This document shows, piece after piece, positions 56,740 through 64,000 of a stretch of 64,000 nt of DNA. The position numbers and the translations under genes are program-made. Under the pieces are notes generated by a model. The model saw only the letters and a program-made list of their open reading frames with translations. It did not search any database and was not told the DNA's origin. Numbering within the stretch: the stretch's first letter is position 1; the number at the start of each line of letters is the position of its first letter. Source of the stretch: Candidatus Moranbacteria bacterium RIFCSPHIGHO2_01_FULL_55_24 (GTDB lineage Bacteria; Patescibacteriota; Minisyncoccia; Moranbacterales; UBA1568); assembly GCA_001786575.1 (NCBI GenBank), contig MFRW01000004.1, positions 62,655 through 126,654 of the forward strand. The letters run 5' to 3'.

Positions 56740-57501
56740 ATGCTGGATACTCTTCTCTTGCCATTCTTTCTCATACACGACTTCTTAAGCGCTTTTCTCG
56801 CGAAGCACTTGTTCCAAGTGAAGCGCTTTCTTCTCGTGGTAGCACACCTCGCGCTTTTCGGACTTTTCTTTCCCGAGTTTCGCAGGGATTTCGGCCAGCT
56901 TTCCGGGAATCTCCTGATCGGCATCCTCTTCCTAAGCCCGGTTTCGCAGATTTTCCGGATGCGCCTTCTCCTCCAGATGATGAGCTTGCGGCGTGAGCTC
57001 GGGATCATGATGGCCTATCTCGCCACGGTGCACGGACTTGGCTACCTCTTGGATCCGGATTGGTTCCAGTATGTCTTCACAGTTCCTCTCGAGGCAGGAC
57101 TTTTCACGGTGCCCGCGCCGTATCTTTTCGGTATGATCGCCTATCTGCTGACGCTGCCGCTTCTCCTCACTTCGAACAATCTGGCGAATCGCTTCTTGGG
57201 CGGGAAGAACTGGAAGCGCCTGCATAGGATCGTGTACCTCATGTTCATCTTTGCAGTACTGCATCGCTTCTTCATGAGGAGCGGGAGCGACGGCACATAT
57301 ACCATCGCATTCGCACAAACAATATTCCTCCTGGGTACCTATGCGCTGGCGAAAATCCTCGCCTGGAAGAACCTCATGCCCTTCCTGCCGAGTTCCATTA
57401 CCTTGGTAGCAGACCGCTACAAGGCCTTCCAGGCCGCAAAAGCCTCTCAAACGGCGCTTCAGCCGGCGGAAAAGCCTCCTGTTGAGCCGCCTCTTCCCTA
57501 A
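56740..57501 (+). CDS. MsrQ/YedZ-like ferric-reductase transmembrane protein
   Basis: LRRELG, VHG, PLLLTS, WKRLHRIVY, LHR. Confidence 0.88.
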   Translation: MLDTLLLPFFLIHDFLSAFLAKHLFQVKRFLLVVAHLALFGLFFPEFRRDFGQLSGNLLIGILFLSPVSQIFRMRLLLQMMSLRRELGIMMAYLATVHGLGYLLDPDWFQYVFTVPLEAGLFTVPAPYLFGMIAYLLTLPLLLTSNNLANRFLGGKNWKRLHRIVYLMFIFAVLHRFFMRSGSDGTYTIAFAQTIFLLGTYALAKILAWKNLMPFLPSSITLVADRYKAFQAAKASQTALQPAEKPPVEPPLP

Positions 57502-57553
57502 GGTGGTATGTGGTATACTGGAGTGGAAATCTCTAAACCCTTAATGAAGTCTT

Positions 57554-58339
57554 ATGATGGAAAACGAGCCGGTAAAGACATGGATCAAGAATGACCCCAT
57601 AAGCCGCGACGGGTTGCTTGTATCGCTTGCGGTAATCCTCGGGAGCATCATTATCGCCTGTGCCCTGTGGCTTCCTGGAACGGATATCCTCTCGGGTATG
57701 ACCGCCAAGGCTCCGGCCGCCGGTACCGACAACGCCGCCGACGCAGGAGCAAAAGAGGACACTACAGCAGTCGCCTCTCTCGATGACGACCCCGTCCAGG
57801 GCGACAAGAAGAAGGCCAAAGTGGCAATCATAGAATTCAGCGATTACGAGTGTCCTTATTGCAAGCGTTTCCACCAGGAAACGTATGACAAACTGGTGAA
57901 GGACTATGTGACGACCGGCAAGGCGGTAATTTCTTTCCGCGACTTCCCGCTCTCGTTCCATGATCCGAAAGCCACCGAAGAGGCCGCTCTCGCGGAATGC
58001 GTGGGTGCCGAGAAGGGCGACGCAGCATACTTCGCCTTCAGCAAGGGACTCTATACAAATACCGGAGCGAACGGCCAAGGCTTGCCAGCAGGCAAGGTGG
58101 ACGAGCTTATTCGTGCCGCTGGAGCAGATGTGAAGAAAGTCACTGCCTGTGCCGCGACCGATGCCGTGAAGCAGGAAATCCAGAAGGACATGGCTGACGG
58201 CCAGAAAGCAGGCGTTTCCGGCACCCCGAGCTTTATTATCGGCAAGCTCGGCGCTGACGGGACTGTGACTGGCGAACGGATTGTCGGAGCGCTTCCCTAC
58301 GAGGGATTCAAGGCTGCGATCGACAAGTACCTCGAGTAA
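57554..58339 (+). CDS. DsbA-family thioredoxin-fold protein
   Basis: TM anchor, EFSDYECPYC, RDFPL, GTPSF, GALPY. Confidence 0.93.
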   Translation: MMENEPVKTWIKNDPISRDGLLVSLAVILGSIIIACALWLPGTDILSGMTAKAPAAGTDNAADAGAKEDTTAVASLDDDPVQGDKKKAKVAIIEFSDYECPYCKRFHQETYDKLVKDYVTTGKAVISFRDFPLSFHDPKATEEAALAECVGAEKGDAAYFAFSKGLYTNTGANGQGLPAGKVDELIRAAGADVKKVTACAATDAVKQEIQKDMADGQKAGVSGTPSFIIGKLGADGTVTGERIVGALPYEGFKAAIDKYLE

Positions 58340-58437
58340 TCATTCCGAAAAAGAAGTTTCTCAAAGACCCTGCCAGATACAGGGTCTTTTTGCTATAATA
58401 GAGGGACGACGCCAGTTACTTTATCTCCTTTTCGGTC

Positions 58438-61218
58438 ATGTCTTTTACCACTCACCGCGCTCTCCAATACTTCGGCATCATCTTGATCGGCCTCTTTTTC
58501 GCCGGAGCCTATTACTATTTCCAAGCTCGGGCCGGAGTCACCCAGAAAACGACCAACACGACCCAGCTCAACACCTCGCAGAACAGCCTCATGACCAACG
58601 GTCTGGTCGGTCTGTGGACTTTCGATGGGGCCGATATCTCCGGGACCACCGCCTATGACCGGAGCGCGAATACCAATAACGGGACACTGACTAACGGTCC
58701 GGTGGTGACGCTCGGCAGACTCGGCCAAGCTGTTGATTTCGACGGTTCCAACGATTATGTTTCTGTGGCTGATAACGCCACGCTGGATTTTGATGATACG
58801 GCCGATCTCTCCATCTCCGGCTGGTTCTACCGTGATAATTTCGAGTCCGATGACACGATTATCGCGAAATCCAACGGCCAATTAGGGACAGACACCGGTT
58901 ACCTCGTCTATATCGATGATGCGACGGACAAGCTGGTCTTGAAAGTAGGCGATGGTACCGACCTCTATACCGTCACTTCGACGAGTACCTTCACTGCGAC
59001 TGGCTGGAATCACTTCACGGTCGTCTGGGACCAGGATTCGGCAGACAATACCGAGATCTACATCGACGGAGCAGCGGATGGAGGGACGGATAGCGGTACG
59101 ATCGGAAATATCGGCGACCTGTCCAGTGCTCTGGTGCTCGCCATCGGCGCCGAATCTGATGCCGGCAGCCCCTTCATAGGCTCGCTGGATGAGATACGGG
59201 TGTACAACCGGGCGTTCGTTGCTTCTGAAGCGCAGAGCCTCTACGAACTCGGTCGTCCCGATAGCCTGAACTCGAGTATTTCCGCTCTGCAAGGAACCGG
59301 CCGTCTTGACAGCGGTCTCGGGGGATACTGGGCGCTCGATGAGAACACCGGAACTTCCGCGACTGACTCGAGCACTAATGGCAATACGGGAACCCTCACC
59401 AACAGTCCGACCTGGACTACAGGACAGATCAACTATGCGGTAGATTTCGACGGGACTGATGACTATATCAGTATCGGAGATGTGCTGGATACGACTGATT
59501 CTCGGGATTTCGCCATCTCCGGCTGGTTTAACCGCGATACGGCTACGACCGATGACACGATTATCGCGAAATCCAACGGCCAATTAGGGACAGACACCGG
59601 TTACCTCGTCTATATCGATGATGCGACGGACAAGCTGGTCTTGAAAGTAGGCGATGGTACCGACCTCTATACCGTCACTTCGACGAGTACCTTCACTGCG
59701 ACTGGCTGGAATCACTTCGTGGCCGTCTGGGATGATGATTCGGCAGGAGGTGTGGAGATCTACATCAACGGGCATATCGATAACGCCACGGATAGCGGCA
59801 CGATAGAAGATATCGGCGATTTCTCGAATGCCGTCAATCTGTATCTGGGAGCCGAATCCGATGTCGGCAACCCCTTCGACGGCAAACTGGACGAGATGAG
59901 GGTGTACAACCGCACACTTTCTTCTGGCGAAGTTGCCAACCTCTACCGTCTCTCGACTCCGACCGGTACGGACACAGGGCTTCAGGGGTACTGGTCGTTC
60001 AATGGGGGGGATATCGGTGTATCCAGAACTGTTTTCACAGATGACTTTACCGGGACTGCCGGTGATGACTTGAATACCCGCTCTGGATGGACTAAAGGAG
60101 GAAGCGGCACCGGCATCTATGAGATAGGGGCGGATGGAGGCACCTTGGCGGGAGTCGCTGGCAATACCACGACTGTTTGGTGGCAAACCGATGATCCTGG
60201 GACTGGGAGTCAGTATGCTTCGATGGTAGTCAGGGGTCTAGGCAATACCTCTACTTTTCTTGCAGTCAATATGACACCCTCGACGAATACGGGCTATGGC
60301 ATACGCTTAAGCGGCACGACCCCGCGCCTCTACAGGAATTTTGCCGGTACCTTTACAGTTGCTACGACTGCCTTCACTCTGGGAGACAGGGTACGCATCA
60401 AATCGACGCGCGCCGGTGATAGTATGGTGATAACGATGGATAAGAAGGTGGGCGATGCGGGAGCTTGGGTAAGCATGGGAGGCACGATGACCGATTCATC
60501 CTCGCCGAATTTTAACGGAGTGCCTGGCCTACGAGGACCGAGCACCTTGAGCGTGGATCCTTTTGCCGACGACTGGCAATCCGGGTCGGATGTTATCCCG
60601 ACCGCTCTGGACAGGAGCGGTACGGACAACAATGGCTTATTGAAGAACGGAGCGACGAAAGCCATCGGCAAACTCGGCCAGGGGCTCGATTTCGACGGGA
60701 CCGATGACTATGTGAGCATACCTGACCACGTCTCGCTCGATGCCACGGATACCGCCGACCTCACCATCACTGGCTGGTTCTATCGGGATACGGCGACTAC
60801 GGATGACACTATTATCGCCAAGCGAGACGGGATTCTCTCGACTGATACCGGATACATTGCGTATATAGATGATGCCGATGACAAGCTCTATTTCGAAGTT
60901 TCCGACGGCACGGATGAGTACCAACTGGCGGGAGCGACGACCTTCGCCGCAACTGGCTGGCACCACTTTGCTATTGTCTGGGACCAGGATTCTGCGGCCA
61001 ATTCTGAAATCTATATCGACGGAGCGGATGATAACGCGACGGACAGCGGTACGATTGGGAACATCGGCGATCTCTCCAACGCTCTGGTGCTCGCTATCGG
61101 AACCGAATCCGATGCCGTCAACCCCAACCCCTTCGACGGCAAGCTGGACGAGATGCGGGTATATAATCGGACGCTTTCAGTCGAGGAAATCTACGCGCTT
61201 TATAATCAGGGAAGATAA
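58438..61218 (+). CDS. Exported protein with three LamG/concanavalin-like domains
   Basis: Three GL.G.W...FDG..DY...W.HF..VWD...LDE.RVYNR units. Confidence 0.92.
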   Translation: MSFTTHRALQYFGIILIGLFFAGAYYYFQARAGVTQKTTNTTQLNTSQNSLMTNGLVGLWTFDGADISGTTAYDRSANTNNGTLTNGPVVTLGRLGQAVDFDGSNDYVSVADNATLDFDDTADLSISGWFYRDNFESDDTIIAKSNGQLGTDTGYLVYIDDATDKLVLKVGDGTDLYTVTSTSTFTATGWNHFTVVWDQDSADNTEIYIDGAADGGTDSGTIGNIGDLSSALVLAIGAESDAGSPFIGSLDEIRVYNRAFVASEAQSLYELGRPDSLNSSISALQGTGRLDSGLGGYWALDENTGTSATDSSTNGNTGTLTNSPTWTTGQINYAVDFDGTDDYISIGDVLDTTDSRDFAISGWFNRDTATTDDTIIAKSNGQLGTDTGYLVYIDDATDKLVLKVGDGTDLYTVTSTSTFTATGWNHFVAVWDDDSAGGVEIYINGHIDNATDSGTIEDIGDFSNAVNLYLGAESDVGNPFDGKLDEMRVYNRTLSSGEVANLYRLSTPTGTDTGLQGYWSFNGGDIGVSRTVFTDDFTGTAGDDLNTRSGWTKGGSGTGIYEIGADGGTLAGVAGNTTTVWWQTDDPGTGSQYASMVVRGLGNTSTFLAVNMTPSTNTGYGIRLSGTTPRLYRNFAGTFTVATTAFTLGDRVRIKSTRAGDSMVITMDKKVGDAGAWVSMGGTMTDSSSPNFNGVPGLRGPSTLSVDPFADDWQSGSDVIPTALDRSGTDNNGLLKNGATKAIGKLGQGLDFDGTDDYVSIPDHVSLDATDTADLTITGWFYRDTATTDDTIIAKRDGILSTDTGYIAYIDDADDKLYFEVSDGTDEYQLAGATTFAATGWHHFAIVWDQDSAANSEIYIDGADDNATDSGTIGNIGDLSNALVLAIGTESDAVNPNPFDGKLDEMRVYNRTLSVEEIYALYNQGR
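58847..59718 (+). repeat. 170-bp identical direct repeat (58847-59016 = 59549-59718)
   Basis: Exact match from CCGATGACACG to AATCACTTC, offset 702 bp. Confidence 0.9.
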
Positions 61219-61221
61219 CTT

Positions 61222-62757
61222 ATGTCTCTCATCAATGATCTCCGAAAATGGCGCACGGAACAGGCGCGGGTCGAAGGCGTAGAGCCTTACCGCGTGCTTA
61301 CCAATGCCGTTCTGGATGCGATCGCCGCCACCAGTCCGGAAACCAAAGAAGCGCTGCTCGGGATAAAAGGCATCAAGGAAGCGCGCTTTCAGAAATACGG
61401 AAAAACGCTCCTGGCCATGGTGAAGGCATCGCTCGTATCCGGCACCGGTGAGATTCTTTCCGAGCAGAAAGAGGAAGAATCCTTTGATATTGCTTCTCTG
61501 GAAGCGAGTGCGCCGGAAGAGCCGCTTTCGGTGAGCAGCTTCCTGGATGCTCTGAACATCGAGCTTTCCGGCATGGCGGCGCGCATCCGCGGCGAAGTCT
61601 CAAGCGTCGATATCCGTGACCGCGTGGTGTACTTCACCTTAAAGGACAGCACAGACGAAAGCGCGCTCAACTGTCTCATTTTCCGCTACCAGTACGAAGT
61701 GTCCGGAGTAGCGCTTGCCGTGGGGGATGAGATCGTCGTCGAAGGCGTACCGGAGATCTACAAGCCGACCGGCCGCATGAGCTTGAAAGTCGGAGTGATC
61801 GAGCTTTTCGGGGAAGGAGCGCTCAAGAAAGCCTATGATGCGCTGTACAAGAAGCTCGAGACAGAGGGTGTGTTCGCTCCGGAAAAGAAACGCACCCTCC
61901 CGGAATTTCCGGAACGCATCGCACTCATCACCTCGCGCGAAGGGGCGGCGATCGATGATTTCAAGATGAATCTCGGAAACTTCGGATTCCGAGTCACTTT
62001 CTTTCCGACTTCTGTCGAGGGGAAGAAAGCGGTTTTCGAGATCCTCCAAGCCATCCGCTACTTCAACAAGCACCCGGAGCGCTACGATTGCCTGGTGATC
62101 ATCCGCGGCGGCGGAAGCCTAGAAAGTCTCCAAGCCTTCAATAACGAATCTCTGGTGCGCGAAGTAGCCGAGTCCCGCATCCCGACTCTTCTCGGTGTGG
62201 GCCACGAGAAGGACGTGACGCTCGCGGCGCTCGCGGCGGACGTGATGGTCTCGACGCCTACCGCCACAGCCAAGCTTCTGGCGCATCCGTGGAACGAAGC
62301 GCGGCAGCTCGCTTCACATTTCGAGAAGCATCTCCCGCTTCTCTTCCAAGAAAGACTGTCAAACACGCAAAGAAACGTGAATCGGGACACCGAGACACTC
62401 CTCGGTTATCTGCGCCTCATCCGCGAACGGGTAACGGAGTGCGAGCAGGATATCGCCCGGCACTTGGCGCTGACGCTCGAGTACGTGCGCCAGAAGAGGA
62501 GCGAGCTCGAGACTGCTCGGGAGAAACTGAAGCAGAGTTTCCAGTTCCTTTCTTCCCGGGTCGCGAAGGCGCTCGAATCCCTGGAAGCGCGGCTTCTCCA
62601 GTACGATCCGCAGCGGGTTCTCCGTCTGGGCTATAGCCTCATCAAGAAGGGGAATACGGTCTTGAAGGACGCCTCGCAAGCGAAAATCGGTGATATACTC
62701 GATATACAGCTGGGGAAGGGAGGTCTTTCCGCCGAAGTGAAGAAGATTACAGAATAA
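61222..62757 (+). CDS. xseA: Exodeoxyribonuclease VII large subunit with N-terminal HRDC domain
   Basis: OB fold (VYFTLKD), IIRGGGS, GVGHEKD, STPTA; HRDC pattern LRKWR..QAR..GVEPY...KYG. Confidence 0.95.
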   Translation: MSLINDLRKWRTEQARVEGVEPYRVLTNAVLDAIAATSPETKEALLGIKGIKEARFQKYGKTLLAMVKASLVSGTGEILSEQKEEESFDIASLEASAPEEPLSVSSFLDALNIELSGMAARIRGEVSSVDIRDRVVYFTLKDSTDESALNCLIFRYQYEVSGVALAVGDEIVVEGVPEIYKPTGRMSLKVGVIELFGEGALKKAYDALYKKLETEGVFAPEKKRTLPEFPERIALITSREGAAIDDFKMNLGNFGFRVTFFPTSVEGKKAVFEILQAIRYFNKHPERYDCLVIIRGGGSLESLQAFNNESLVREVAESRIPTLLGVGHEKDVTLAALAADVMVSTPTATAKLLAHPWNEARQLASHFEKHLPLLFQERLSNTQRNVNRDTETLLGYLRLIRERVTECEQDIARHLALTLEYVRQKRSELETAREKLKQSFQFLSSRVAKALESLEARLLQYDPQRVLRLGYSLIKKGNTVLKDASQAKIGDILDIQLGKGGLSAEVKKITE

Positions 62758-62767
62758 CGAAATCATT

Positions 62768-62968
62768 ATGCCAAAAACATCGCTCGGAGATTCTCTCAAA
62801 AAGATCCAGGACATCATCCGCTGGTTCGATAACCAGGAAGAGGTGGATGTCGAGAAGGGCTTGGAAAAGATCAAGGAAGGCGCCACGCTCATCAAGGACA
62901 GTCGTACCCGTCTGAAGGAGATCGAGAACGAATTCGAAATCGTGAAGAAAGAGTTAGAGAAGGAATAG
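62768..62968 (+). CDS. xseB: Exodeoxyribonuclease VII small subunit
   Basis: 66-aa helical protein following xseA (SLKKIQDII...DVEKGL..IKEG..L). Confidence 0.88.
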   Translation: MPKTSLGDSLKKIQDIIRWFDNQEEVDVEKGLEKIKEGATLIKDSRTRLKEIENEFEIVKKELEKE

Positions 62969-63225
62969 CAAGTAAATTTTTGCTTTTTGTTGTCCATTAA
63001 GTAAGAAGAGATTTTTTTCCTCTGCTCTCGACTCATCAGCGCTTTCAGCTAGCAGAAAATATCGCCCCCAATCGACGGCGGGGCACAGCTCATTTTCTGA
63101 CCTAAAAGCGCTTCTTCAGACAAGATCGCGACCGTCAAAAAATTCTTCTCGTCTAAGGAACTGAATGAGGAGATCCCCTTCTCATGCTATAATTTTAGAA
63201 TAAAGAAACACAAAAACAGGAGGAC

Positions 63226-64000
63226 ATGAAACGTTTTTCAGGCGATATCTCTTTGGTATTAGGAGGAGCGGCCGGACAGGGGGTGCAGACGGTAGAAGCT
63301 CTTTTGGTTTCGGTGCTCAAACGCGAGGGCTACCGGGTTTTCGCGTGCAAAGAATACATGTCGCGCATCCGCGGAGGGAGCAATTCGACGGAAATCCGCA
63401 TCACCGATACGCGCCGAGCCGCCTTCGTCAGCCGCATCGACCTGCTCTTCGCGATGGACAAGGATGTCGTGCCGCATCTGAAGGACCGCATCACCAAAGA
63501 CACGATTATCCTCGGGGAAGCGGTCAAGATCAGTGCCGGTGCCTCGGAACACATCGTCGATATCCCTTTCACCCGCTTCGCCAACGAGCTCGGGAATCCG
63601 ATATTCACCAGCACGGTAGCTGTCGGCGTGGCTTTGGGCATTCTCCGGGCATCGATCGAGGAATTCGAGCAGTACCTCTCCGAGCATTTCGCCCGGAAAG
63701 GCGAAGAGATCGTAGAGAAGAACATCCAGGCGGCCCGCCTCGGCTACGATTTCGGCAAACACTTGGCGTATGACGAAGGCATCGAGGTGCATATCAAGAA
63801 AGATGAAGCGATAAAGAGCGAGCTTCTCTTAGAAGGAAGCGATGCTCTCGGTCTCGGCACACTTTCCGGCGGCTGCAACTATATCTCCTCGTACCCGATG
63901 TCGCCGGGAACGACTCTCCTTACCTATCTGGCACAGCATGGAGCGGAGTTCGGGGTAGTCGTGGACCAGGCCGAGGATGAGATCGCGGCCATAAATCAGG
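63226..64000 (+). CDS. 2-oxoacid:acceptor oxidoreductase alpha subunit (3' partial)
   Basis: AGGAGG RBS; GGAAGQG, EYMSRIRGG, YPMSP, QAEDEIAA; frame runs off the window. Confidence 0.93.
   Translation, partial: MKRFSGDISLVLGGAAGQGVQTVEALLVSVLKREGYRVFACKEYMSRIRGGSNSTEIRITDTRRAAFVSRIDLLFAMDKDVVPHLKDRITKDTIILGEAVKISAGASEHIVDIPFTRFANELGNPIFTSTVAVGVALGILRASIEEFEQYLSEHFARKGEEIVEKNIQAARLGYDFGKHLAYDEGIEVHIKKDEAIKSELLLEGSDALGLGTLSGGCNYISSYPMSPGTTLLTYLAQHGAEFGVVVDQAEDEIAAINQ

Noticed and set aside
58847-59718. Diversity-generating retroelement TR/VR pair
   Set aside because: The copies are identical with no adenine-specific differences, both are in-frame within one gene, and no reverse transcriptase is in the window.
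1-64000. Stop-codon reassignment (code 25)
   Set aside because: Several well-defined genes end at TGA and long genes are not interrupted by it.

Overview
Chromosomal window from a Patescibacteria/CPR bacterium, most likely Parcubacteria and Moranbacteria-like. This is inferred from gene content; TGA is used as stop, so code 11 applies. Left to right it holds dnaG-rpoD, then tRNA-Asn(GTT) followed by an AT-rich islet bounded by tRNA-derived direct and inverted repeats. The islet carries a truncated C5 methyltransferase, an IrrE/ImmA peptidase plus XRE HTH, DUF2188 and a Schlafen/AlbA_2 protein. Next come an orphan ParB-like gene, murJ, a phytase-like protein and an ApbE/ferric-reductase/ECF-sigma module. 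These are followed by a CsoR-controlled copper cluster, a PEPxxWA-CTERM protein, an alternative-oxidase-like protein and a SET-domain protein. The right half has a 3,035-aa surface adhesin with an adjacent sortase, a class A PBP, a second P1B ATPase, a MacB-type ABC pair, a triple-LamG protein, HRDC-xseA/xseB and the start of a 2-oxoacid oxidoreductase alpha subunit. Strongest candidates for undescribed biology: (1) the giant adhesin looks like a polyprotein, with an internal LPMTG-TM-basic sorting signal followed directly by a second signal peptide and a second anchored protein; (2) an integrase-free cassette architecture built from tRNA 3'-end repeats; (3) a CapH/CapP-like regulated Schlafen defence module; (4) recurrent promoter-then-terminator leaders sharing CGGGTG, one with a leaderless uORF; (5) a ~145-nt rod-like structured RNA candidate. 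All product calls come from motif recognition by eye; no database searches or folding programs were run.
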